A stretch of DNA of 64,000 nt from Malacoraja senta. Lineage: Eukaryota. Each line of letters opens with the position of its first letter. The first letter of the stretch is position 1. Shown piece by piece: positions 49,416 to 62,295 of this stretch. Position numbers and translations under genes: made by a program. Under the pieces are notes generated by a model. The model saw only the letters and a program-made list of their open reading frames with translations. It was not told where the DNA came from and ran no database searches. The stretch is from NCBI GenBank assembly GCA_038087875.1, contig CM075996.1:1738001-1802000 (forward strand), in the 5' to 3' direction.

Positions 49416-50465
49416 AAATCAGAGTCAAGATTGCCCAAAATAGGTAACGTTGAAAATGAGGGATGGTTCAGGGTTACAGTTACAATAGACAATAGACGCA
49501 GGAGTAGGCCATTCGGCCCTTCGAGCCAGCCCCGCCATTCAATGTGATCTTGGCTGATCATCCCCAATCAGTACCCCGTTCCTGCCTTCTCCCCATATCC
49601 CCTGACTCTGCTATCTTTAAGAGCCCTATCGAGCTCTCTCTTGAAAGCATCCAGAGAACCGGCCTCCACCTCCCTCTGAGGCAGAGGATTCCACAGACTC
49701 ACCACTCTCTGTGTGGAAAAAGTGTTTCCTCGTCTCCGTTCTAAATGGCCGACCCCTTATTCAAGTTCAAGGCAGAAACATACGAGCGAACAAAGCTTCA
49801 ATATAATTTCATTTCTCAAAGGACCGAGAGTTGAATCAGTGTGTACTCAGTAACTGGGGATGGGAATACCAAGTCTTTCAGCGCATTGCTTCGATCTCTT
49901 TGTAAATAGTTCTCTGGTCCCCAGAGTGGTTTTTAGAAGCAGGAATCTCCAAGAGACCAAAAGCCTGTCCAAATGTTGTTCTTCCTGGTTTTTATCTTTT
50001 AATTTTCTCTTCCTGACGCTGTGAGATGGTGACCACTGCTGCGGTGGCTGCCTGTGGTCGCTCTGTGCCCACTCGGACTGTGTGGCCAGTGCTTTAGACC
50101 CACACTGGACGGTATCACTGCATGAGATAGTTCTGCCTTCGTCAATTCTTAACTAGATACGCTCACACCTACGCACGTAAATGTACACTCGCTCACCACC
50201 CTGTCCATACTCCCATCACGCTCCTACCATCCAGAAGGTACAGAAGAGTCTGAAAACCATGACCTCAGGTTTAAGAACAGCTTATAAGTTCATAAATGAT
50301 AGGAGCAGAATTAGGCCGTTCGGCCCATCGAGTCTACTCCGCCATTCAATCGTGGCTGATCTACCCTTCCCTCAACCCCATCCTCCTGCCTTCTCCCCAT
50401 ATCCTCTGACACCCGTACTAATCAAGAATCTATCTATCTCTGCCTTAAAAATATTTTGATTAGTA

Positions 50466-50926
50466 GTGAAACATATAAGATTGTTAAGTGCTTGGACACG
50501 TTAGAGGCAGGAAACATGCAGGAAACCGGCGGTGCAGGCTCGAAGGGCCGAATGGCCTACTCCTGCACCTATTTTCTATGTATCTATGTATCTATGTTCC
50601 CGATGTTGGGGGAGTCCAGAACCAGGGGCCACAGTTTAAGAATAAGGAGTAAGCCATTTAGAACGGAGACGAGGAAACACTTTTTCTCACAGAGAGTTGT
50701 GAGTCTGTGGAATTCTCTGCCTCAGAGGGCGGTGGAGGCAGGTTCTCTGGATGCTTTCAAGAGAGAGCTAGATAGGGCTCTTAAAAATAGCGGAGTCAAG
50801 GGGATATGGGGAGAAGGCAGGAACGGGGTACTGATTGTGGATGATCAGCCATGATCACATTGAATGGCGGTGCTGGCTCGAAGGGCTGAATGTCCTACTC
50901 CTGCACCTATTGTCTATTGTCTATTG
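50466..50926 (+). mobile_element. CR1 3' fragment with a nested CR1 tail
   Basis: ETYKIVK.LDTLEAGNM...FPMLGESRTRGHSLRIR...FFSQRVVSLWNSLP. Confidence 0.8.
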
Positions 50927-52844
50927 TAAGGGAGTTAAAGGTTATGGGGAGAAGGCAGGAGAATGGGGTTGAGATGGAATGAAGGATCAGCCATGATTCA
51001 ATGGCGGAGCAGACTCGACGGGCCGAATGGCCTAATTCTTCTCCTCTGTCTTATGGTCAGTTAACATCAGGCAACCTCTGCTCTGTGTTAGATTTCAGCA
51101 GAAGTTGTACAAGTGACCCCCTCACCAGCTTCATTCCAACGAGGACAGGGCTTCTCCTCGACATTTATAAATCACTGCTGCCATGCTGCCATTTTTCTTT
51201 ACTGCTCGGGACTCTGAACACAAATTCATCTCATCGACACCATATGTTGAGGAGCAATTATGGTCTAATAATAGTCCACGGGACATAATTTATCAAGCTG
51301 CTCCCACCGTAGCTACCTGAAGCCTGAGCCCTTCCTGCAGCGCTGAGGTTGCTCTGCACCTTGCAGTGAGAGTCCCCCCCCCCCACCTCTCCCCCTTTAT
51401 TTCTCTGTGAGGGGTTGGGGCTCAAGTGGAGGTGCTGCCCACCCTTCCACCTCCCCCCCTCCACACCACACCCCATAGCCTTTTGTGGCGTGGTGCTGTC
51501 TGTACAGAGTTTGCATGTTCTCCCTGTGACCTGCGTGGGGTTTCTCCGGGAGACAACAGACAACAGGTGCAGGAGTAGGCCATTCGGCCCTTCGAGCCAG
51601 CACCGCCATTCAATGTGATCATGGCTGATCATCCCCGTTCCTGCCTTCTCCCCATATCCCCTGACTCCGCTATTTTTAAGAGCCCTATCTAACTCTCTCT
51701 TGAAAGTATCCAGTGAACCTGCCTCCACCGCCCTCTGAGGCAGAGAATTCCACAGACTCACCACTCTCTGTGAGAAAAAGTGTTTCCTCGTCTCCGTTCT
51801 AAAGAGCTTACCCCTTATTCTTAAACTGTGGCCCCTGGTTCTGGACTCCCCCAACATCGGGAACATGTTTCCTGCCTCTAGCGTGTCCAAGCCCTTAACA
51901 ATCTTATATGTTTCAACTGGTGCTCCGGTTTCCCCCCATGGTATAAGTGTAAATTGTCCCGAGTGTGTGTAGCATAGTCTTTAGCGTGCGGGGATCGCTG
52001 GTCGCAGAGAGTGGTGAATCTCTGGAACTCTCTGCCACAGAAGGTAGTTGAGGCCAGTTCATTGGCTATATTTAAGAGGGAGTTAGATGTGGCCCTTGTG
52101 GCTAAAGGGATCACGGGGTATGGAGAGAAGGCAGGTACGGGATACTGAGTTGGATGATCAGCCATGATCATATTGAATGGCGGTGCAGGCTCGAAGGGCC
52201 GAATGGCCTACTCCTGCACCTATTTTCTATGTTTCTATGTCAGTGCGGACTCAGTGGGCCAAAGGGCCTGTTTACCGCGCTGTATCCCTAAACTAAACTG
52301 TGACGGAGACAAAGAAATCGAGAAAGGGGAAAGAGGTGTCGGAGATTGTCCAAATGAATTTGAAGGCAGGGTGGGTTAGTGGTAAAGTTGTCTATTATGA
52401 AGATCAAAGAGGAGGATGACTGAACTTTGGTGCCTTCCCTCATGGTGGGAAACTTTGATCCAGCTGTGTGGGAATGTTTATGTTATAGACTGTCGTGTTC
52501 TGTGTTCTTTATTTTATTCGTACGGCTGTACGGTGACCACAAATTTCACTGTACTGATTGGTAAATGTGACAATAAATGTCTCTTGTCTATGATCGAAGA
52601 TAGACACAAAAAGCTGGAGTAACTCAGCGGGCCAGGCAGCATCTGTGGAGAGAAGGAATGGGTGACGTTTTGGGTCGAGACCCTTCTTAGAAACATAGAA
52701 ACATAGAAAATAGGTGCAGGAGTAGGCCATTCGGCCCTTCGAGCCTGCACCGCCATTCAATATGGTCATGGCTGATCATCCAACTCAGTATCCTGTACCT
52801 GCCTTCTCTCTATAACCCCCTGATCCCTTTAGCCACAAGGGCCA

Positions 52845-53132
52845 GACTGATGTCAGGGGAGTGGGCAGTACAGGGATAACATGTGGTTGGAGACAGCAAG
52901 ACTGGTGGGAGAACTGGGAAAGGGGGAGGGGATGGAGAGAGAGGGAAAGCAAGGGCTACTTGAAGTTAGAGAAGTCAATGTTCATACCGCTGGGGTGTAA
53001 GCTGCCCAAGCGAAATATGAGGTGCTGTTCCTCCGACTTGTGTTGGGCCTCACTCTGACAGTGGAGGAGGCCCAGGACAGAAAGGTCAGTGTGGGACGGA
53101 GGGGGAGTTAAAATGTTGAGCAACCGGGAGAT
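52845..53132 (-). mobile_element. Penelope-like GIY-YIG C-terminal fragment
   Basis: Reverse complement encodes an EEQHLIFRLGSLHPSGMNIDFSNFK-type end. Confidence 0.7.
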
Positions 53133-53139
53133 CATTATA

Positions 53140-54230
53140 TTTGGAATACCACATAATAAATAGGTGGCTATCGGTTACAAAGTGCGACCAACCACACAGT
53201 TTAAATGGTCAGAAATTAGTGTGTTCAATATTTGCTCATTAAATTAGCCGATGAATTTATATGCAAGGACAGAAAGCAGGCAGAATATCACACACAGTAA
53301 ATTTCTTGCAGCAATTTTACCCGGTTAGAATCCAGAAACACAGGAGGATTGGATCAAAACATTGAGGAAATCTGCATTTCCTTTGCAGTTAACGGCCCAT
53401 GAACAATGGAGAGGGAGATTTTCCCAGGAGTCAATTTGAGGAGAAGCTGAATAATTATGTTAAAGAAAACAAGAGGGGTTTTTTTCATTAAAAAAAAAAA
53501 TGTCTGCCTGATTTTATAAATCGTGCTTGCTGCAATTCGACTCTCTGGTGTTGCATAGGATGTGTCTCCTATTCCCCTCCCTCTCCCTCTTCCCCCTCCA
53601 TACCCTCTCTCTACATTCCCACTCTCTTTCCACCCTCCCCCTCTCCATACCCCTCTCTCTCTCTCTCCCCCCTCCCCACCTCCTCACCTTCACATGCTCA
53701 CCCTGCATTAAATATGTCTCTGTCAGTATTTTTACCTCTGGGGCCAGCATGCTGAGAGAACTCATACACCATCCGGGCCCAGACAATGCAAAACAATAAA
53801 TGCTTATTATTGCAACATTCTCCCCCACCCCCCACCCACCCCATCCTTCTCTGCCCCTCATTTAAATTCCCAATGGCTCGTTCCAATCCTCAGTCTAGGT
53901 TTCCCGAATCATGGCCCTGGATCCCTGGCAGAACACAGAGGGAATGATCAATGCTGGCTTGTGAGAGAACGAGAGTGGAGGGGGGGTGGGGGGTGGAGGG
54001 GGGAGGAATTGATTCTGTCTTGCTCGCTGTACAAGACCAGCGCTGGGGATGTGAGACTCATATTAATGAGAAGCTGCAGCCTGCATTCTCTGCAGAGTCA
54101 GCCTGGGCTGTCCACTGGCCTTGCCAGCTACTGCCCAAATCAGTCGTTTCAATGCCTCATCTATTTACCAATTGTTAATGTGACCCACGGCAGTCCTCTT
54201 CCAAAGCTAGAAGCTGAAACGCCGTGATGT
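53140..54230. promoter_or_regulatory. Candidate conserved non-coding element / enhancer cluster
   Basis: ~1.1 kb without transposons, with many TAAT/ATTA and ACAAT/ATTGT motifs and no credible ORF. Conservation not tested. Confidence 0.4.
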
Positions 54231-54430
54231 AAGGGGGGGGGGGGGACTGCATTTCTATGGATGGCAGAAACATTGCTGCCTATACCTCTGTCACCAGTAC
54301 TGTTATAGGCATTGAGACAAGGAACAGCAAGTGCTGGTCAATACACAAAAGGAACTGAATGTAAGTCACGCATACGGTAGAAGCAGAAACAAGGAACTGT
54401 AGATGCTGGTTTAAAAAAAAAAAGACGCAA

Positions 54431-54772
54431 AGTGCTGGAGTAACTCAGTGGGTCAGGCAGCATCTGTGGAGAACATGGATAGGTGACGTTTCACAGAGTG
54501 CTGGAGTAACTCAGTGGGTCAGGCAGCATCTGTGGAGAACATGGATAGGTGACGTTTCAAAGAGTGCTGGAGTAACTCAGCGGGTCGGGCAGCATCTGTG
54601 GAGATCATGGATAGGTAACGTTTCACAGAGTGCTGGAGTAACTCAGTGGGTCAGGCAGCATCTGTGGAGAACATGGATAGGTGACGTTTCACAGAGTGCT
54701 GGAGTAACTCAGCGGGTCAGGCAGCATCTCCGGAGAAAAGGAATAGGTGACGTTTCAGGTCGAGACCCTTCT
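54431..54772 (-). repeat. Five-unit 66-bp tandem array (Penelope-terminus derived)
   Basis: Units of gtgctggagtaactcag.gggtcaggcagcatctgtggagaacatggataggtgacgtttcacaga. Confidence 0.9.
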
Positions 54773-55344
54773 TGGGTCTATTGGCTCGGAATTAGCTCGA
54801 TTGTAATCGTGTATTGTCTTTCTGCTGACTGGTTAACTCGCAACAAAAGCTTCTCACTGTACCTCGGTACACGTGACAATAAACTAAACTGAACTGAACA
54901 ACATTCTCTCTCGGCCTTTAAGGGTCTGAAGTTTAGTTTAGTTTATCATCACCTGTACGGAGGTACAGTGAAATCTTTAGTTGCTTGCTAACCCAGTCAG
55001 TGGAAAGAGGATACATGATTGTAATCGAGCCGTTTACAGTGTACAGATACATGAAGGTGTGCAGTTGTTCATTCCATGTAATGTTCGTTATTACATTAAA
55101 ATATTGGAGTTTGGAATAAATTATGTTGAGTGCTTCAGAGCCAAGAATCCAATCAATTTGATAAGAAATAATTTGTCAGCTTTCCTTTTGATTTGAGAGT
55201 CAAGGAAGATCAACGTTCCACAGGTGAGGGTTAGCAGCTACAGGTGGATGTGCACACCTGTTCCAATGACACGGGTTGAGGATAAAGGGCTGAGTGCAGT
55301 GGAGTGAAGGGAAGGAGGTAGAATGAGGTGACAAAGCTGGATCT

Positions 55345-55495
55345 CAAAGCTGTAGTCATCTCTGGATTACTTCCAGTATCACGTGCAAGTGAGGGCAGAA
55401 ATAGGTGAACATCACAGAGCAGGTGAATGCAAGGCTGAAGAGCTGGTGCGGGGGGCAGTCATTCAGGTACCTAGTTCACTGGGATCTCTTCTGGA
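55345..55495 (+). mobile_element. CR1 ORF1 (esterase-like domain) remnant
   Basis: VVISGLLPVSRASEGRNR...QVNARLKSWCGGQSFRYLVHWDLFW. Confidence 0.6.
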
Positions 55496-56350
55496 CAGGT
55501 GTAACCAGGGCTGCAGGTGAGACCAGATGTACAGGTGTAACCAGGGCTGCAGGTGAGACCAGATGTACAGGTGTAACCAGGGCTGCAGGTGTGACCAGAT
55601 GTACAGGTGTAACCAGGGCTGCAGGTGTGACCTGAGGTAAAGGTGTAACCAGGGCTGCAGGTGTGACCAGATGTACAGGTGTAACCAGGGCTGCAGGTGT
55701 GACCTGAGGTACAGGTGTAACCAGGGCTGCAGGTGTGACCAGAGGTACAGGTGTAACCAGGGCTGCAGGTGTGACCAGATGTACAGGTGTAACCAGGGCT
55801 GCAGGTGTGACCTGAGGTACAGGTGTAACCAGGGCTGCAGGTGTGACCTGAGGTACAGGTGTAACCAGGGCTGCAGGTGTGGCCGGGGGTTAAAGATGTG
55901 GCAGGACTACAGGTGTAGCCAGGGGGATACACGTATAGCCAGATGTATAGGTGTGGCCGGGTTGGCTACAGGTGTGGCGGGGGGGGGGTGACTACAGGTA
56001 GTGGGGGGAGGGTTACAGGTGTGGTGGCGGGGGTGGCTACATGTGTGACGGGGGGGTGGCTACAGGTGTGATGGGGGGGTGGCTACAGGTGTGGTGGGGG
56101 GAGGGTTACAGGTGTGGTGGGGGTGGCTACAGGTGTGGTGGGGGGTGGCTACAGGTGTGATGGGGGGTGGCTACAGGTGTGGTGGGGGGAGGGTTACAGG
56201 TGTGGTGGTGGGGGTGGCTACAGGGGTGACGGGGGGGTGGCTACAGGTGTGGTGGGGGTGGCTACAGGTGTGGTGGGGTGAGGGTTACAGGTGTGGTGGG
56301 GGGGGCTACAGGTGTGGTGGGGGGGTGGCTACAGGTGTGGCCGGGGCTGC
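55495..56350 (+). repeat. 36-bp minisatellite (two 18-bp subunits) grading into a G-rich ~18-21-bp minisatellite; shared CAGGTGT core
   Basis: acaggtgtaaccagggctgcaggtgtgaccagatgt about 10 times, then (ggctacaggtgtggtggggg)n. Confidence 0.9.
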
Positions 56351-56404
56351 AGGAGTGACTAGGGGTACAGATATAAGAAATGGCACAAATTGGAGCCAAT
56401 AGAG

Positions 56405-56708
56405 TGCCACGGTGGCGCAGCGGTAGAGTTGCTGCCTTACAACGCCAGAGGCCCAGGTTCGATCCTTACTACGGGTGCTGTCCATATGGAGTTAGTACGT
56501 TCTTCCTGTGACTGCGTGGGTTTCCTCTGGGTGCTCCGGTTTCCTCCCACACTCTAAAGACGTGCGGGTTTGCAGGTTAATTGACTTTGCTAAGTTGTAA
56601 AGTTGTCCCTGGTGTGTGTAGGATAGTGTTAGTGTGCGGGGATCGCTGGTCGGTGCGGACTCGGTGGGCCGAAGGGCCTGTTTCCGCGCTGTATCTCAAA
56701 ACTAAACA
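56405..56708 (+). mobile_element. V-SINE (HE1-like)
   Basis: Head, V-domain and tail present. Confidence 0.85.
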
Positions 56709-58011
56709 TAGAACAGCACAACAAAGGAACAGGTCTCTCTCCCCACAATGTCCGTGCCGAACATGATGGCAACACAAAGCAATCTCCTCAGCCTGCACGT
56801 GATCCATATCCCACCATTCCCTGCATATCCACGTGCACGTCTAAAATCCTCTTAAACACCACTATCGTATCTGCCTCCACCACTGCCCCTGGCAGCACGT
56901 TCCAGGCACCCACCACCCTCTGTGTAAAAAAACCCTGCCCAGCACACCTCCTTTAAACTCTGTCTCTCTCACCTTACTGCCCACGAGTCTTTGACGTCCC
57001 CACCCTGAGAGAAAGGTTCCAACTGTTTATACCTCTCATAACTTCTTATAAATATTTCCCCACATCATTTTCCGTTTTCCATCTTTCCCAATCACTCAAT
57101 CCTGATCCATCACGTTACAGTTTCCTGAAATCCTTTTCACAATGCGCTTTCCCTCCTGACGTGTTTTTTTTTAAATAACAAAAGCAATTTTATAAGAAGT
57201 TTAGAAAGCAACTAATGAAACTAACACGTTACTTTGGAGAAGTGTAAATACCCCCCCACCAAAAAAAGAAAATACATGTAAGCAAAGTTTGAAACTAAAA
57301 CATTATCACGTTCATCCAAGTCATAGCCAAGTCTCTCTGGAGGCCTGAGATCCCAGGAAGCAGCTAAAGGCAGCCAAAAGCCTCAAAAAGGCAGCCAAAC
57401 ATCATCAAGGACCCACACCTACCTGGCCACACATTCATGTCACCACTGCCATTGGGAAGAAGGTACAGGAGCCTGAAGACTGTAACGTCCAGGGTCAGGA
57501 ACAGCCATCAGGCTATTAAACACAACAACAAATAAGCTCTGAGCTCCGAACTGCAAAAGTATGTTATTATTTGTTATTTACACTATATTCATTATTTATT
57601 GAACTTTTTCTTTTTTTCCCCCGTTATATACAATGTTGACATATTCACATATTGTGTTGTGCTGCAGCAAGTAAGGATTTCCTTGTCCCGTCCGGGATAT
57701 ATGACAATAAAATACTCTTGACTCTTGACACCGTGTGTTCCCTCACCGGGGTCACCAGCCACGGACGTAAAGCCGGAAGAGGAGCAGGCAGCTCTTTCCG
57801 ATCTGTATGCCCTTGGAACATTTAGCGTGCCCATCCAAATACGGATGTCAATGGCATAACGTTAACGTAGAACATAGAACAGTACAGCACACCAACAGGC
57901 CCTTCGGCCCACAACTTTCGTGCTGTTAACCCACCACTGATCCTGGTGTTACATGGCAGTAGCAGTGTTACAAATGCAGTGGCCCAATGTGTAGATATGT
58001 GCAAACCAATA

Positions 58012-58087
58012 AACACACACACTCTCACACACACACACACACACACACGCACACACACTCACACACACACACACACTCACACACACT

Positions 58088-58121
<34 letters not shown>

Positions 58122-58139
58122 CACACGCACACGCACACG

Positions 58140-58170
<31 letters not shown>

Positions 58171-58289
58171 GCACACACACGCACACACACGCACACACAC
58201 GCACACACACGCACACACACGCACACACTCTCACACACACTCTCACACACACTCTCACACACACTCTCACACACACTCTCACACACACT

Positions 58290-58345
<56 letters not shown>

Positions 58346-58454
58346 CACACACACTCTCACACACACTCTCTCACACACTCTCTCACACACACACACTCTC
58401 TCTCACACACACACACACACACACGCACACACACCTACACACACACACACACCT

Positions 58455-58486
<32 letters not shown>

Positions 58487-58524
58487 ACACTCTCACACAC
58501 ACACACACCTACACACACACACAC

Positions 58525-58590
<66 letters not shown>

Positions 58591-58698
58591 ACTCACACAC
58601 ACTCTCACACACTCTCACACACACACACTCACATACACACTCACATACACACACACACACACACACACTCTCACACACACACACACACACTCTCACAC
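58012..58698. repeat. Long imperfect (CA)n microsatellite
   Basis: Directly visible. Confidence 0.95.
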
Positions 58699-58707
58699 AT
58701 GCAGCAT

Positions 58708-58994
58708 CTTTGGCCCATCAGGTCCGCACAAACCAGCGATCTCCGCACATTAACACTATCCTACACACACTAGGGACAATTCAATTTACATATATACCAA
58801 GCCAATTAACCTACAAACCTGTATGCCTTTGGAGAGTGGGAGGAAACCGAAGTTATCAGAGAGAACCCACACGGGTCACGGGGAGAACGTACAAACTCCG
58901 TACAGACAGCACCGGTGGTCAGGATGGAACCCGGGTCTCTGGCGCTGTAAGTGCCGTAAGGCAGCAACTCTACCGCTGCGCCACCGTGCCGCCC
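58708..58994 (-). mobile_element. V-SINE (HE1-like)
   Basis: Reverse-strand match to the other SINE copies. Confidence 0.8.
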
Positions 58995-59379
58995 TGCGTC
59001 CAGTTGGTAGGAAAAATCGAGAAGGAGTGAAGAAAACAGACGTACGGTACAGAAGGGAGCTTGTGATTTTTCAGATTATCGTCTATTAATCCAATGCAAG
59101 TGAAACCTATTCCAGAGGGATCAGATTTGTCGCATCTCCAAGCCACTGCATCTCTAAGTGTTTAGGCTGCAAATTGCCCGTTATTGGATGCAATATGTTG
59201 CAATTTGTAAGTTCCCTCTTGCCTTCCGAAAACAATCAGCCTTTTTTTAAAACCAAACTTTGTACCTTCTGGACTTTGTTCAGTCCTCTTTAACTTTGAT
59301 TGCATCTGTCACCGTGAGCATTCGTGGAACTTGGCGCAGGCAATGGTGTTTAGGAATGGAATGAGTAGGTTCACCTACC

Positions 59380-59820
59380 GGGAGCGCTTGTCGGCAATGG
59401 GCCTGTACTCACTGGAGCTCAGAAGAGGGGGGACCTCATTGAAACATACATAACAGTGAAAGGCTTGCGCAGAGTGGATGTGGGGAGGATGTTTCCACCA
59501 GTGGAAGAGTCTAGGACCAGAGGTCACGGCCTCAGAATTAAACAACGTTCTTTTAGGATGGAGATGAGGAGAAATTTCTTTAGTCAGAGGGTGGTGAATC
59601 TGTGGCATTCTTTGCCACAGAAGGTTGCGGAGGCCAAGTCAGTGGATATTTTATAAGGCAGAGATAGATAGATTCTTGATTAGTACGTGTGTCAGGGGTT
59701 ATCGGTCAAAGGCAGGAGAATGGGGTTAAGAGGGAGAGATAGATCAGCCATGATTGAATGGCAAATTAGACTTGATGGGCTGAATGGCCTAATTCTACTC
59801 CTATCCCTTGTGACCTTATA
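59380..59820 (+). mobile_element. CR1 3' fragment
   Basis: RVDVGRMFPPVEESRTRGHGLRIK...FFSQRVVNLWHSLP followed by the tail. Confidence 0.8.
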
Positions 59821-60335
59821 ACTGCAGACGCTGGTTTACACCAAAGACAGACACAAAATGCTGGAGTAACTCAGCGGGACAGGCAGCATCTCTGGAGAGA
59901 AGGAATGGGCGACGTTTCGGGGATCTAGATCCCCTAATTCAGACTGAGAGTTAGGGGAGAGGGAGACACAGGGATAGGGAAGTGCAAGGTGTGAAAACGA
60001 GACATCAAAGGAGATGCAGATCAGGGAAAATATAGAATAGATCACTGTCGGCCAGGAGACGGTGACAACAAAGCATAGAGAGAATATTTAAGCAGGGGAG
60101 CGGTCAGATTGGTTGGAGAGGGGGAAGGGATGGAGAATGAGGGAAAGTCAAGGGTTACTTGAAGTTAGAGAAGTCAATGTTCATATCGCTGGGCTGCCCA
60201 AGTGAAATATGAGGTGCTGTTCCTCCAATTTGCGCTGTGCCTCACTCGGACAATGGAGGATGCCCAGGACAAAAAGGTCAGTGTGAGAATGGGGGGAGGA
60301 GTTTGGCAAACCGGGAGACCAGGTAGGTTTAGGCG
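59820..60335 (-). mobile_element. Penelope-like 3' fragment
   Basis: GIY-YIG C-terminal remnant, UTR and terminus on the minus strand. Confidence 0.65.
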
Positions 60336-60409
60336 GACTAACAATTGCTTCTTTCCAAGGATGTCCAGTGGGTGTGAATTAAGCCACAGTTGCAAAATGC
60401 ACCAGAACT

Positions 60410-61015
60410 GCGATCCTGACTGTCTGCCCCTTGGAGCTATCCATGGTACTAAAGTTTCCACATGGAAGTACAGTTAAAGGGTGAAGGGCCTGTCCCACAT
60501 GGCCGTCATTTGTGCCTCATTTACGCGTCATACGTAAAATAGGTCGACGTGTTGTGACGCACGGGTGGCGTGTGGGTAGCGCGGGACGAGCGCATGGAGG
60601 GGCGTGGAGGAGTGTGGAGTTGCGCGCGGTATCGCACGGCGCTCCAGGATTTCGTATTGTACGAAATCCTCGCGCGCCACCTGCGTGACGTATCGCGTAC
60701 GCACGCTGATGCATTGGGTACGCACGCTGGCGTCCCGACGTCTCACGTGTATCGCTTGGTGACGCGTGGTTACGTCACCATCCTTAACCATGTGTCGCCG
60801 CATGCCGCGCGGTATTCTAATGACGTCATGCGCACCAGATGGCTGTGATGACGCGTGATTTGCGCGCCACGTTTTGCGTAACCACCCGCCGACCTATTTT
60901 ACATATGACGCGCAAATGATGGCCAAGTGGGACAGGCCCTTTACCCTTTGACTGCACATCCATGTGGAAACTTTGGTACCATGGACAGCTCCAAGGGGCA
61001 GACAGTCAGGATCGC
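60410..61015. repeat. Outer ~74-bp inverted repeat arms enclosing the MITE
   Basis: 60410-60483 is the near-perfect reverse complement of 60942-61015. Confidence 0.9.
60484..60941. mobile_element. 458-bp CpG-rich MITE with AAGGGCCTGTCCCAC termini (same termini as 19997-20230)
   Basis: TIRs aagggcctgtcccac.tggcc.tcatttg...gcgtcata.gtaaaataggtcg and their reverse complement. Confidence 0.85.
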
Positions 61016-61029
61016 TCAGTCCGCCTTGG

Positions 61030-61352
61030 CCTACGTGATCTCCCAGTTTGGTTTAGCTTAGATACAGCGCAGAAGCCAGCCCTTCGGCCCACCGAGTCCG
61101 CGCCGACCAGCGATCCCCGCACACTAACACTATCCCACACACACTAGGGACAATTTACATTTAAACCAAGCCAATTAACCTACAAACCTGTACTTATTTG
61201 GAGTGCGGGAGGAAACCGAAGATCTCGGAGAAAGCCCACGCAGGTCACGGGGAGAACGTACAAACTCCATACAGACAGCACCCGTAGTCGGGATCGAACC
61301 TGGGTCTCTGGCGCTGTGAGGCAGCAACTCTACCGCTGCGCCACCGTGCCGT
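61030..61352 (-). mobile_element. V-SINE (HE1-like), well preserved
   Basis: Full reverse-strand copy. Confidence 0.85.
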
Positions 61353-61584
61353 CCATCTTGCAAAATAAACATGTCTCCTCTCATCAGTAATAGGAGCAGA
61401 ATTGGGCCATTTAGCCCATTAAAACTACTCCGCCATTCAACCATGGCTGATCTATCTCTCCCTACGAACCCCATTCTCCTGCCTTCTCCCCGTAACCCCT
61501 GACACATGTACCCAGAGTTCCCAGAGGGTAGTAGGCGGCTCAAAGTTTTCGAGCAGTTCACGCTGCGACTTCCATTGGACACAA

Positions 61585-62295
61585 TGGGCGGCACGGTGGC
61601 GCAGCGGGTAGAGCTGCTGCCTCACAGCGCCAGAGACCCGGGTTCAATCCTGACTACGGGTGCTGTCTGTACGGAGTTTGTACGTTCCCCCCGTGGGTTT
61701 TCTCCAGGTTTCCTCCCACACTCCAAAGACAAAGGACAACGGACAAAGGACATTTATTGTCACATACAACAAACGATGTAGTGAAATTTGTCTTGCCACG
61801 CGGCACAAATTAGACACAACATTAAAGAAAAATTTAACATAAAACATAAAAACATCCCCCCACAATGGTTCCCACTGTGGGTGAAGGCATAAAGTCCAGT
61901 CGACATCCCATGTCCACCCATAGTCAGGCCTATTGAGGCCTCCACATTCGCCTTCACGGAGGCCCGATGATCCGGGCCGTTCTCACCGGGCGATGGTGCT
62001 CCGGTGTCGGGAGAACCCTCTCAGCGGCTTGGGACACCTGGAACGGCCGCTTCCTTACCGGAGACCGAGGCTTCCGAAGCCAACACTCCAATGCTCCACC
62101 ACTGGCGGTCTCGGCGAGAGATCCCAGGCTCCCGTTGTTAAAGTTCAACCCGCAGACGCACAGGTTTATAGGTGAATTGGCTTGGTATAATTATATAATT
62201 CTCCCTCACGTGGGTAGGATGGTGCAAGCGCGGGGATCGCTGGTCGGCACGGACTCAAGCCTGTTCCCGTGCTGTATCTCTAAAACTAAAAACTA
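61585..62295 (+). mobile_element. V-SINE split by a ~420-bp minus-strand non-coding retroposon (61731-62154)
   Basis: The SINE breaks at ctccaaagac and resumes at agacgcacaggttt; the insert has a gtgacaataaa + simple-repeat 3' end on the minus strand. Confidence 0.7.

Noticed and set aside
57946..59030. Long His/Thr-rich ORFs (also 23587-24144, 36177-37041, 43741-44767, 55471-55991)
   Set aside because: These are translations of micro- and minisatellites, not genes.
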